Positions 22,932 through 34,346 of a DNA stretch of 64,000 bases are shown here, in pieces. This DNA is from Camelus dromedarius. Its lineage: Eukaryota. Location: contig NC_087462.1 of the NCBI RefSeq assembly GCF_036321535.1, positions 2,170,001 to 2,234,000 of the forward strand, given 5' to 3'. Position 1 is the first letter of the stretch, and each line of letters begins with the position of its first letter. The position numbers and the translations under genes were made by a program. The notes under the pieces are model-generated. The model was not told the origin of the DNA, searched no databases, and saw only the letters and a program-made list of their open reading frames with translations.

Positions 22932-25514
22932 GTCTGCATCGCGCCTTCCCCCTGGGTGGCTCTTGGAGCCGTCTCCAGGTGGGAGCCCCTTGCTCTTTCG
23001 TGGAGCTGTGTAGTGTTGGATGCTGTGCCGTGCCAGCCTTGCTGGACTGGCCCCCACAGAGGGACGCGGTGGCCAGCCCCAGGTGGTTGGCATTAGGGTT
23101 GCAAGGTGACAGTCGACACCCTTGTGCATCTGTGTCTGGGACGAAGAAGCCAGGGAGTGAGCGATAGGGGAAGTGCGTTTTTAAACAAATGAGCTAAATT
23201 TTGCTCCAGAGTGCCAGGAGCTAAATCACACCCCCACTTCTGAGCACTTACCCGCACAGATCCAATCCGCCCATTGCTTTGCTAAGAAACCACTATGCAC
23301 GGTGCACCGTTCTCACCTCCGTCTAAACACTGGCTGGTTTACCCACCACAACCTAGAGGGGCAGAAACTATCACTGCCGCATTTCACAGAGCAGGGAGCT
23401 GAGGCACAGGGAGGTTTAGCTGCTGGTGGAGAGGAGACGTAGACCCAGGCTGCAACCTTGTACTACAGCCAGCCCTCTGTGCACCTACTGTGTACACTGC
23501 AGGGGCCCCTCCTGCCCAAACTGGATTGTATATCCATGTAACACTTCAATGCTGTTTGTGAACTCACAAAATGTTCTGCCACTCATCACCTCTAATATAT
23601 TAACACTGTCTTCCGACACGTTATCTCAGAGCCTTCTCCAGCCTTCCAGAGTGCGGGATGCGTCCTCTCATTGCCATTTTATAGATGTGGGGACTGAGGT
23701 TCTGAGAGGGAGGTGGTCTGTGTTCTGCAGACTTTGCCTTTGAGAGAACCTAAACTGCCTTGTGACGGCTGCTTTCGAGGGGGTGAGCATTGAGGGGAGC
23801 GTCCCGGGGTGGGGCTGTCTGGGGGTTGCTGCAAGCCAGGAGAGTGCTCTGAAGCCCCACTGCAAAGTTTAAATGTGAATTTGGGATGCTGCCCTCCACG
23901 TGTTCATGGCGTTTTGGAAATAATAAAATACTGCTTTATGTTATGTTGGCATTTGGAGTCCTAGATACCTGCCTCCTACCCCCACCCCCATTCACCCTGG
24001 GGTTTAAATGCTCCCCACAGCTGCGGGGTGCGGGGGGTGGTGGTTAACAAACCATTTGTGAACTGCTGTTTGAAAGACCGTCACCCACGTGCAGTGGGAG
24101 CCGGTGGGTCCCACAGCACACGGGCCCTTTGTATATCTGACTCCCTCTTCGTCCAGCCCTGGGGCCTCCAGTCGGTAGCGTCTGTTCCTGGGCCTCAATT
24201 TCCTCCTCCCGTGTAACACGGGAGAGTAACAGCATTGCTGGCGTCTTCTGTGCCCCTGGGCACGGGGCAGCTGCCCCAGGTTGTTGAGAGGGTATCATTT
24301 GTTCTCAGGACACTCGGAGAGATGAATCAAAATGGCCAAGCTTTCTAAGAATGTCTCAGTGCACGTTTGACAGAATGTTAAGGCTCTGCTAAGTGCCATC
24401 ATCCTTCTGCTGACCGACCTGGTGGGGTGGGCACCGTTAGTCCGCTTCACAGGGGAGGACACCAAGCGGGGAGTGACAGTCCACACCACCCTGGTCTGTG
24501 GGGTGGCAGTGAGAGTTGCACCGGCCGCTGAGCGAGGCTGGGAGGATTCCGAGTGGACTAGGGGAGGCGGGGAGTGGGGGCTAGATGGTCAGGCTCCCTG
24601 GTGGCTCAGACTGGGGGAGGCAGGTCTGTGCCCATTTATTCTAGAGGGAGAATAATGGGGCTTGACGAATGTCAGCTCTGGGGCCAGGTGGACAGGCTCC
24701 AAGCCACTCTGAGTGCCTCAGTTTCTGGATCCGTGAAATGGGCACATTTTGGGGATCAGTAGGAATTCCTGGACACCCAGGAAGAGGCTGCAAGGATTTA
24801 TCTGGCCAGCCTGAGGTTCTGCCCCGACACCTTCTCTCATGGGCTACTGGGGCAACATATAGGGGAGGCCAAAGCCCCCTCAACACCCAGTTCCCCTTTA
24901 GTGCTGACTGAGGAGAGAGCAGATTCCTATAGGCTCCCCTGTTGGTTGGGGCCCATCTGGTCAAGAAAGGGCAGTTGGCGCCAAGCCCGTGCTGGGGCTC
25001 TGCAGTCCCTGTCTAGCTCTCAGGGGAGCAGGGGGAGAGAGTGCCGTGGGACCCTTTCTCTTGCCATGAACCCCGGGTTGTACATCTTTAAGGGCAAAGA
25101 CGCGCGCTCGCGCTCTCGGCCTCTGCACACGTCACTTCATTCTTTCCCTCCCTCCCCCCCACCTTGGCTCCTTTCTCCAACTTCCCGGCCAGCTCGGGGG
25201 GGGGGGGGGGAGGCGGGGAGGGTGTCTTCCAAATCCACCTCCGGCCCCAAAATGTCCAGCAGCAGCCCCTGCCTCCCCACTTGACTCGGGCGGGCGGTCC
25301 AGGGGTACCCGCTGGGGTCGGGGTGTGCGTGGCCCGTTGGTCCCCCCACCGGTACCCCGGCCCAGGGTGGCTCGAAATTCGTAATAATAAGCAGTAATGG
25401 GGGTTCATGAAGCATGGGGAGGGGGCGCGGCTTTCCTTTCTCGCTCGCGCTCTTTTTTCCCTCGTTTCTTTGAAAGTTGGATGTTGAGAAGTGGGAGGTT
25501 CGGGGTGGGAGGGG

Positions 25515-25710
25515 AGACAAATTCGGGGAGGGAGAGAGGAGGTTGCCAGAGGGAGGAGAGACAGAGACACAGGGAGAGACAGAGACGGGGGAGGAGGGGT
25601 GAGGGACAGGAAAGGAAGAGAGAGAGACAGAGAGAGGGAGAGAGAGAGGGAGTCGGGCGCAGGAGAGAGGGAGAGCTCGGAAGGGAGGAGGGAGGGAGAC
25701 CGAGGGAGGA
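25515..25710 (+). repeat. GA-rich polypurine tract upstream of exon 1b
   Basis: Almost exclusively G/A (GGAGAGACAGAGAC.., GAGAGAGAGACAGAGAGAGGGAGAGAGAGAGGGAG). Confidence 0.9.
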
Positions 25711-25825
25711 GGCGGCGAGGAGCGCGCCGGCCGCGGCCGCGGGGGGGGGGGGGGGGTTGGAAAAATGACTCAGTAAGTTCAGCGCGCCCGCTCCGGCCGG
25801 CCCTGAGCCTCCCGCCGCGCCCGGG

Positions 25826-25855
25826 ATGTATTCGTCCCCGCTCTGCCTGACCCAG
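25826..25855 (+). CDS. NFIC: NFIC coding exon 1b ([10 protein letters not shown]), phase-0 donor
   Basis: ATGTATTCGTCCCCGCTCTGCCTGACCCAG|GTACG. The peptide is the canonical NFIC N-terminus. Kozak context GGGATGT, inside a CpG island. Confidence 0.97.
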
Positions 25856-26527
25856 GTACGCCCCCCGCCCGGCGCCCCGGCCCCGCGGCCCCCGCAGCCC
25901 GGCCCCGGAGTTTGGAAGCCTGGGGAGGCGGGACGAAAGAAGCGCGCGTCCCTCCCGCCGCCGCGGCCGGGATGCCCCCCGCCCTGGGCCAGGGTCCCGT
26001 GGGGGATGGGCTGGGCCGGGGACCCCTCCCAACCCGGGACCCTCACCCAGGACTCCCGCCCCGCCCCCCGCGACCTCTCCCCCTGGCGGACGCGGGGGCT
26101 CGTCCTGCAGTCTCGCCCTCCCCCCACGCAGGACGCGCTTCCCCCCAACGCCCCGGGAAGGTCGGGGGGCCCCGAGGAGAAGGCCAAAGGCGGGGCTCGG
26201 CGCGAACCCCAGGCCTGGACGCAGGCCTGCTTTTAAGAGGATTTGAGGGGTCCTGGCTGGACGCTAATCGCCCTGGGACTCTTGAGCAGAGGACCCCTGT
26301 GATGTTTTGGCTGAACGCCTCCCAAGGTTGTGCCCGCCACCCTAGCCCTGGGCCGCCTTTCCCCCCATTATTGGCCCACGTGGGCGAGGAGGGGGAGGGG
26401 GCACGCGAAGTTGGAGGCGCCAGCAATGGGGGAAGGGGGTGCCCCGACGTCCCGGCTCGGTCTTCTTCACCCTCCCGCCCCTCAATCCGGTTCCGAGATT
26501 TTCGCCGCATCGATTCTGGGTTATTGA

Positions 26528-26551
26528 GCCGCCGCCGCCGCCGCCGCCGCC
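26528..26551 (+). repeat. (GCC)8 trinucleotide repeat
   Basis: Eight perfect GCC units counted directly. Confidence 0.95.
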
Positions 26552-27989
26552 GGGAGGAGCCGGGAGGCCGGGCGTTCCGGGGTCTGGCCCGGGCACTGCG
26601 GCGCTGCGGACGCCCTCGCCAGCCAGGCACCTGCCCCTGCCCCATCCTGTAGCCTCTCACCCCTGGCCGTGCTCCCGGACAGCCCCGGGCTCAGCCCTTG
26701 TGCAAGGATTAAGGGGGTGTGTGGGGAAGGGGCCGCACCTCAGGGGACCCCTCCCCCAGCACCCGCTGGGAACCCCCAGATTGGCTAGTTCTACTTTCCG
26801 GCTCGGCCTCCACACCACGTCCTTGTATGTCTTTAGGCCCTTGGGGTCCCGGCTGGCCTCCGTTTCCCCACCCCCCCAGCTGACATGGGGCCAAGGCAGG
26901 TTGTGGAGAGAGGGTCTGCGTGGCCTCCAAGCTGTAAAGTGCAGGGCGCTGGGAGGTGGGAGTCGCCAGAGCTTGAGTGCCCTGGGGAGCACTGTATGGG
27001 GTGCGCGTGGATGCCAGTCTCTGCTGGGGGTTCCCCCTATTCATGGCCCTGGGGTGCCCGTCATTCACAGGCTCTTTCTCCCTGGCCCCCTCCGGCTCCT
27101 GGCCCCCCACAGGGAAAGTGAGGGCTGGTGCCAAGGGGGTCCTGGGCTTGTCCTACCCATGATCCCCTGGGTGACCTTGGGCATCCCTGCCCCTCTCCAG
27201 ACTTCCCTTCCCATTCAGAACAACTTTGGGGGTCCTCTGAAGTGGTCATCACTGGCCCACCTCTTCCTGTAGGTCGCCCTGAAGCTCCCCCAGAACAAGT
27301 AGGGTCCTGATTGGGGTTGCCCTGTGACCTTGGGCCTCCCAGTCTCTGGGCCTGGGGCTGGCCTGCGTGGCCCCCCGGGTGCCCCCGCCCCCTCCGCCCT
27401 TCCCGCGCTCACTAGCTCCCAGAGCTGCCTGGGGGGCTGAGCCCGGGGAGGCTATTGCAGGCAAGGAGGTTGGATGGCCGCCTGTTGTCCCTGCGCCCTG
27501 GAATTCCCCCACAGGACTCCTCCGGAGACAGGCCTCCGTCCCGTCCACGCTGCCCAGAAGGGGGTGGCGGTGAGAACCAGAGCTGGCGCTGTGCTCCTGG
27601 GCCTGGCTTTCCCAGGTGGAAAACCAGGCTGGCTGTCGGTGGAAATATGACAATAAAAAATACCTGGGGTTGCTGTGTGCTAGAGACAGGGTGACAGACA
27701 GACAGACGGAGAGAGGACCAGGGAGCTCCCAGGCTAGGGTGGGGATGGAGTGGCCCAAAGGCAGGGGGCTCCCCTTCTCTGTTTATTTTCCCATGGGTGC
27801 CCCAAGCCCTGGAGAGGGACCACCTCTTAGACTCCCCCAGCAGCCTCAGTGTAAGCCCTGAGCTCCTTGCAGGCCCACCCCCAGATCTGGGGTCTCTAGC
27901 TGGGGGACCCAGGTGCCCCTGCAAGATCCCCCTCCACTCCTGGCTGCCTAATCACGCCCTACGCATCGCATCGCTCTCTGACTGTCTGC

Positions 27990-28150
27990 ATCTCTGTGTC
28001 TCCCTGCCTCTCTCTCTTCCTGTCTCTGTTCTCTCTCCCTCCCTTTCTCTCCATCTCTCTCTCCATCTCTTTTCCCTCTCTTTGTCTCTGTGTCTCTCCT
28101 CACCCGCCAGTCTCTCCCTGTCTCTCGGTCTCTGGGCCTCCATCTCCCCC
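27990..28150 (+). repeat. CT-rich polypyrimidine tract
   Basis: CTCTGTGTCTCCCTGCCTCTCTCTCTTCCTGTCTCTG.. low complexity; a second tract lies at about 29240-29345. Confidence 0.9.
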
Positions 28151-30789
28151 CTTTACTGACTAATTTTACAACCCAAGCCCATCCTAAAATAGCTCCCTTT
28201 TAGCTGATCCGACCCGGATCCTTCTCTGAGCGGAGACCAGACCGGCTAGGGGGTGCGCGGGGGTGGAGGGTTTGCTGGGCTGCTCAGGTGCCCGCCCGCC
28301 CTGTGCCCCGGTCCTGCCCACCGAGGAGGGGGGGTGGCCGCAGCCCGGGCGGCCCTGGAGGATTCTGGGAGCCCCGTCCCTGTTTCAGTGGTGACTCAAG
28401 TGCTTTTCACTTTTACTCTTAAGAGGAACTGTGGAGCAGCCGTTACTTCCATAAATCCTGCCGGCGGGAAGGCCAGCCTCCTCCCCGAGCTCGCCCCACT
28501 CTGGGCCTCCCTTCCTGCCTCCCTCCCGCCCGCCTCCACCGCCACGTTAGTTATTCCGGGTTTGGGGCCAAATCCCTCTTGGCTGCAGTGCCCAGGATTC
28601 CCCGGGGCCGCAGGCTGGGCCTGGGCTGAGGCCATGGCAGCGCCGGCTGCCAGGGCCCCCTCCTTCATTCATTCATTCTTTCCTTCATTCCTTCACCCTG
28701 TTCCTTCGAGGGGCGGCACTCTTTTTATTACTGCTTCTCCAGTGGGGAAATTGAGGCTGGGAGAGGGTCCCTGACTTTTGATTGATTTAATGTAGTAGAT
28801 CTTCACTGAGCCCCTCCTATATGAGCCTGGGCACGGAGGGGAGAAGACATTGAGGGGTCAGCCTGGTATGGGTTCCTGGAGGCTCTGCTGGGATTGGGGG
28901 ACCCCCAGCACCTCAGGGCTGGGAGAAAGGCCAAGACCAGAGAGGGCCATGACCTGCCCCGGGCGGCACAGCATGGCCAGTGAGGCTGGGGTTCAGGGCT
29001 ACGGCCCACCTTGCTCTTTGGCCAGGACCGAGCAGATGGGCGCTCCCTGTGAGCCCCCCCACGTGTGGTCTGATGGCCTTTGATTGGCTCCTGTAAAAGG
29101 CACAACCACTCTCCATGTCTCTCTCCCTCTCCATATCTGTGTCTCCCCCCCCACCCCTTCTCTGCGGTGGAGGTGCCTCAGCGTCAGGGTCGGGCGCCTT
29201 GTAAATCATGATGCTGGGATTCTGGCCGAGTCAGCGTTCTCCCTCTTCTCTCTCTCTCCCTCTTCTCTCTCTCTCTCCCTCTTCTCTCTCTCTCTCCAGT
29301 GTCTCTCTCTCTCTGCCTGAGCCGCCTACCTCTCTGTCTCACACCAAATGGATGGGGCACACCAAATGTCCTGGGGCCTCCTGCCCCACGAACGCATGTG
29401 TTCACAGCCGCCTGCACACGCGTGCACTGCCTCCTGGCCTGGGTACCCAAAGCACACCCTCCCACACGTGCGAGCACACAGACGCACACACCCGCGTGCC
29501 CTGACAACGGTCACCGAAGCAGAGACCCAGGGCGGCCTCAGACCTTGCCCAGGTGGCTGTGTGACTCTGGGCGAGAGACCTGGCCCTTCTGCGCCCCGTG
29601 GCCTCACTGAGAAATGAAGTTAACGGTAATCCTCAACTCCTGGGGCTGCCTGAGGACTCCGGGAGGCGGGACATCGCCCGGCACGCAGTAGGAGCTCATA
29701 AATATTTGTTGTGTGAATGAGTGAACGGTTTTGCCAGTGGAGAGGAGGAACTTGAGTCTCTCCCCACATAAAATGGGGAACGTAATCATGCCTTCCTCGG
29801 ATGCTTTACCCTTAGCACTGTTCCTCGTATACAGTAGGTGCCAAATAAGTGCAGCTGTGATTGTGGCCGTCGCTGAGCTAATCACTGGACTGGACATCCC
29901 ATAGGCATTTTCCAACTTGCCCTCCTTTCCTGTCGGCTCGGTGCGGACCCGGCCCTGGGCCAGGTGATAGGAACAGCGGTGACTCCCCAAAACCTTGAGC
30001 CCTGACCCGCCCCCCCAGTGGGTGTCTGTTGGCCTTTCCCCTCTGCCTAGCCCTGTCCAGGGTTTCCCTGAGTTTGGCCAGACCCACGTGGGTACCAGCA
30101 TCCTTTGTCCATCAGGGTGTGTGAGTAGGTACCAGGCAGAGGCTGGGACTGCGCCTTTCCTGATCTGGATGCTGGGGACGAAGCACGGAATGAAACAGAT
30201 CAAAGCCGTGCCCCTGAGGGGCTGCAGTCTAGGTGAGGGGATGGCGGGACCCAGCTGCCGCTTTGGCTCCCTGAGGAGGAGGTGGCACGTGTCCTGGGGC
30301 TCAGCAGGGGAAGGGGGCCACACGGGATTCAGAGACAGAGCATGCCAGGTGCAAAACTGGCACTGCTGGTGAGTCCCGAGGATGGCGCCAGACCACGTGC
30401 TCGGGGGTGGGAGGGCTGGCAGTGGGGCTGAGGAGTCAGGAGGTTCAAGTTCACAGTCATAGGGACCCAGGTTCAAGTCCCAGCTCCTTCCTGGCTGCGT
30501 GACTTTGGGCTGGTGGCCTCAGTGCTCAGGGCCTTAGTTTCTCCCTCTGGACAGTGGGCAAAATAGTTGTTCCCATTTCATAGAGTTGAGAGCTCAGTAA
30601 ATGTTCAGCCTCTAAATAGCACGACCTCACTCCCTGTCTCTCTCCCACACCCTGGGCTTCTAGCTCTGCCCCCATCCTTCTCCCAGGACACCAAGGCACA
30701 GAGGGGAGCTCAAGAGATCTAAGGCTTAGACTCACTGGTCACTTTGGTGGGAACTTTCTACTCCCTGGACTTAGCTTATCCAGACTCTT

Positions 30790-31290
30790 CCCAGTGGCCC
30801 TCAAGGCTCTGCACGGCCAGCCCCTGTCACCTCCCTGCCCTCACCACCTCCACTTTGCTTATTGTTTACTCTGCTCAAGCCTTGCCAGCCTCCTCATTGT
30901 TCTCGCCAAACATTAAGTGTGGTCTTGCCTCAGGACCTTTGCATGTGCTTTGTTCTTCACCTGGGAAGCTCCTGCTGTGGGTTGTCATTTTTCAGCTCTT
31001 TGTTCAAGTGTCCTCTCCTATGGGAGACCCTCCCTGACCACCTTCAGCTAAAAACAACCCCCAGGGGACTCCCCAGCCCCCTCCTCAAGCTCCTTTAAAT
31101 TTTTTCAGAGCACTTTGTTCAGCCTGACATTTTATTATGTATTTTTTAGCTTGGTTAACATCCATCCCTGCCCACATCAGGATCTGGGTGAGGGCCGAGC
31201 CCAGGACATTGTCGGGTTCCCAGCATCATGCATGGAGCTGGCACAGAGTAGACACTTAGTAAATGTTTCTTGAACCAAATGAATCTCCCC
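30790..31290 (+). mobile_element. L2 3'-end fragment
   Basis: GCCTCAGGACCTTTGCATGTGC..CTGGCACAGAGTAGACACTTAGTAAATGTTTCTTGAA. Confidence 0.7.
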
Positions 31291-31416
31291 CTCATTAGAT
31301 AAGAGCTGTTCATAAGCTGTGATGCTGAGCTTGAGGGGAGGAGTCTTTCTAGGTCAGGAACACTTACTCTGGCACAAGAAGAGTTTGTGTTTGAATAAGA
31401 GCTCTGCCGTTTGACA

Positions 31417-31448
31417 CTTAACCTGGGCTTAACCTGGGCTTAACCTGG
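31417..31448 (+). repeat. 11-bp tandem repeat (CTTAACCTGGG) x ~3
   Basis: CTTAACCTGGG CTTAACCTGGG CTTAACCTGG. Confidence 0.95.
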
Positions 31449-34144
31449 AGGAGGGGACCAGGGCTTTGAAGGATGCATAGGAGTTGAGGATAAACACTTA
31501 GAAGGTGGATAAGAGATTCTCAGTAACATTTGTTAGATCACTGAGTGAATGAAGGAGAGAGAATCCTTTGCGGAAAACTTTTGGTAAGGGAATTGGAGTT
31601 TCATGTCCTGGTTTGCTTCTGCGGGCTGTCAGAGTGGGAGGGCCACAAGGAGGCCCAGAGAAGGGCACAACCCAGCGCACAGTTGACCAGTTCATAGTGC
31701 CCAGCAAAGGCTTGGACCCAGTTGCCTACCTCCCAGCTGCTGCTGCCCTCTTTGGCCAGGAAGTCCCAGTGGGCCAAGTGGAGTTTCTGAGAAAGGCCTG
31801 GTCTTGCTCCCTGCCCTCACCTTGCATCTCTGATGACCAGGGCAACGGATAAGCTCTCCGCCAACCCCTAGCAGGGTGCAATGTCCCTTTCTGCCCATTG
31901 TACAGAATGAGAAACTGAGGCCCAAAGTGGAGTATCAGTTTGTTCCTAGATCATACAGGAAGTGAAAATGGAGACCGTTGTCACCCACCCTCATTCCCTC
32001 CACAAGTCTGCCTGGCAATGAGTGCCTCAGCCCTGGGCCTCAGGCTGAGGGGAGAGTGAGTGAACTGGACTCAGAGACCCCTAGTTGTGTGGTCCAGGCT
32101 AGTCTGGAAGAACACTGAGGAGAGCAGGAAAGCTGCCTGACGAAAGGCACCCTGGAGACAGGGCTTTGAGGGATGTGTAGGAGTTCAGGAAGATTCTTGG
32201 CATCTAGCTTGCCTTGGCTGTCTGCCTTGCCCTGTCCACCAGTGAGGCATTGGGAGGTGCTTGGGGAAGAGGCCTTGGTCATCACAGGTCTTGTGGGACA
32301 GAGAGTGATAGACCTGCCTCTCACCTGGCCTGACCTCCTGGGGAGGACGTGAGAGGCTAGGGCAGCAGGTCCATGACCCAGTTACAGGCTGTTTGTCTTC
32401 CTTTCCCCAGGACTAGCTTGGGTCACCAGTGACGTGGGATCCCACCCCTGCCCGCCTCCCTGGCACCTTTCCCCAGAGAGGGCCCGGGGGCAGGTAGGGA
32501 TAAGAGAGAGGCATGGGGGCTTGGAAGGGGGAGGAGCTGGAAGACAAAAGGGACTCAGAAAAGGGGAGGGGGCTCAGAGACACAAGGGTTCAAGGAGAGG
32601 AAGAGTTTGGGCCCCAAATAATCACAACAACAGTAATAATAGCTAAGACAGGTTTTTGTGAGCTGGGCAGATAATGGGGCTCATTTGCTAGGAAGAGATA
32701 GCACCCCGCATTCAAGAAGGCCCGCCGGCTGACACCCCAGCCGCCCTTCCCAGCTCCCTCTTATCATGGCTCCAAGAAGCTCCAGGCCTCCAGTGGCAGC
32801 CGTTGCCCAGGTCTCCTGCCACCCTGGCGTCCCCTCCGCCGGGGGCAGCACCCTGTCCCGCTATCAGTTACCCACTGCTGGCCTCTCCAGTAGGATGGCC
32901 TGGGCTCTGGTCCTGGCTCTGCTGACTGGCTGTGTGACGGCAAGTGGTTCCCCATCCCTGGAGAAGCCCCCGAGGTTGGGCAGGGCCCCTCCACCCTCCC
33001 TCTGCCTCAGCAGATCAACCTGGGCTGGGGTCAGCGGCAGCAAAAAAGGGCCCTGAGGTCCAGTCCCTGCCACAGCTGTCACGGTGACTCACGCGTCGGG
33101 GGACATTGGCGTGGGGGAGCTGGGCTGGGACAAGCCGTGCCCCGGCCTGCCCCACCCTGCGAGGGCAGGCTATTTTCAGAGCCTCAGTAATAGGGGAAAT
33201 CTGAGGTCGTCCCCCACCCCCAGAACCCCAGGGCTAGGAAAAGGCATCACCCCTGTTCCAGAAGCCCAGCAGTCCCCCCAGGCAAGAGAAGGGAGTGGGG
33301 TGGAAGTTCTTCTCTGCCTTCCTTTCTCTTTGAATTTTCACCCCTGGAGGCTGAGAAACCAGGTCCAGGATGTTCTGCAGACTCAATTTCTCTTGCTGAA
33401 AACTGGCGAGAGTCAGAAAGCCCTCCCATGGCCTCACGTTGTTCCCTGAGGGGCCCAACTGGGGCTGCTTTTTGTGGGGAAGTCAGATGGACGTGGGTTC
33501 CAGTCCCAGCCCTGCCCCTCATGACAGGGTCTTCTCTTGGGGTCATGGTTTCTTCATCTGTAAAGTAGGTGTCGTGGTCACCCAGCAACACCCACCAGGC
33601 AAAGGGAGGGGAATGTTGAAGTCTTAGCTCTGGCCAGGTCTCAGAGCCTCCATGAGCCTTGATATTTTCATCAGTGGAATGGGTCTATGGGGGGCAGGCT
33701 AGGGTGAACCAACCCCCAGGGACCCTTCTCTCTTCAGCTCTGAACCTCCAGGGCCGAGCACCACTTTCTCTACTGCATTCTGATCTCTTGCCTCCATGAG
33801 CCTCAGCTTTCCCAGCCCCTGCAATGGGTCTATGCAGGAACTGCACCCCACCCCGGCTTCCATTAGCTCCTGATACCCAGGTGGCCCCGTCTTGGCCTGT
33901 GGACCTCAGCCATCCTGTCTGTACACCTGGGTAGGAGTGACATGTTGTCCTCATTTTTCCATCATCGCCAGGAGCCAGCAGAGGCAGCCCTCTGACCCTG
34001 CATCTGGCGTCAGCTCCCTCTGCTGAGCAGTGGGTCTGAGAAACAAGCCCCAGGGACATATGCTGAGCCTGGTGTCTCCCATAATCCTTGAGCACCCAGA
34101 GTGTGCTCAGCCTTGCCCTAGCCATTCGGGCTCACACTCTGGTT

Positions 34145-34346
34145 CGGGGGTTTGCAAACTACAGCCCCAGGGCCCACGGCCCATCGGCTGTCTTTATAAA
34201 TAAAGCTTTATTGAGACACTGTTGTGCTGGTCACTTACGTCTCCTCTGTGGCCAATCTTGCCCTACAGGCAGAGGGGACCTGTTGCAACAGAGACTAAAA
34301 TGCTCACTATCTCTTTTAAGATGCTTTTGAAGTTTTCTGACCCCCA
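34145..34346 (+). mobile_element. MER58A-like hAT-Charlie MITE
   Basis: GGGGTTTGCAAACTACAGCCC..TAAATAAAGCTTTATTG..CAACAGAGAC..CTGACCCC, followed by a TTCTAGAA target-type sequence. Confidence 0.8.

Larger units (their letters stand above)
25080..26700 (+). promoter_or_regulatory. NFIC: CpG island, promoter of NFIC exon 1b
   Basis: CpG-dense region surrounding coding exon 1b, with a GA-rich tract, poly-G runs and TGACTCA/TCAGT (25766-25774). Confidence 0.9.
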
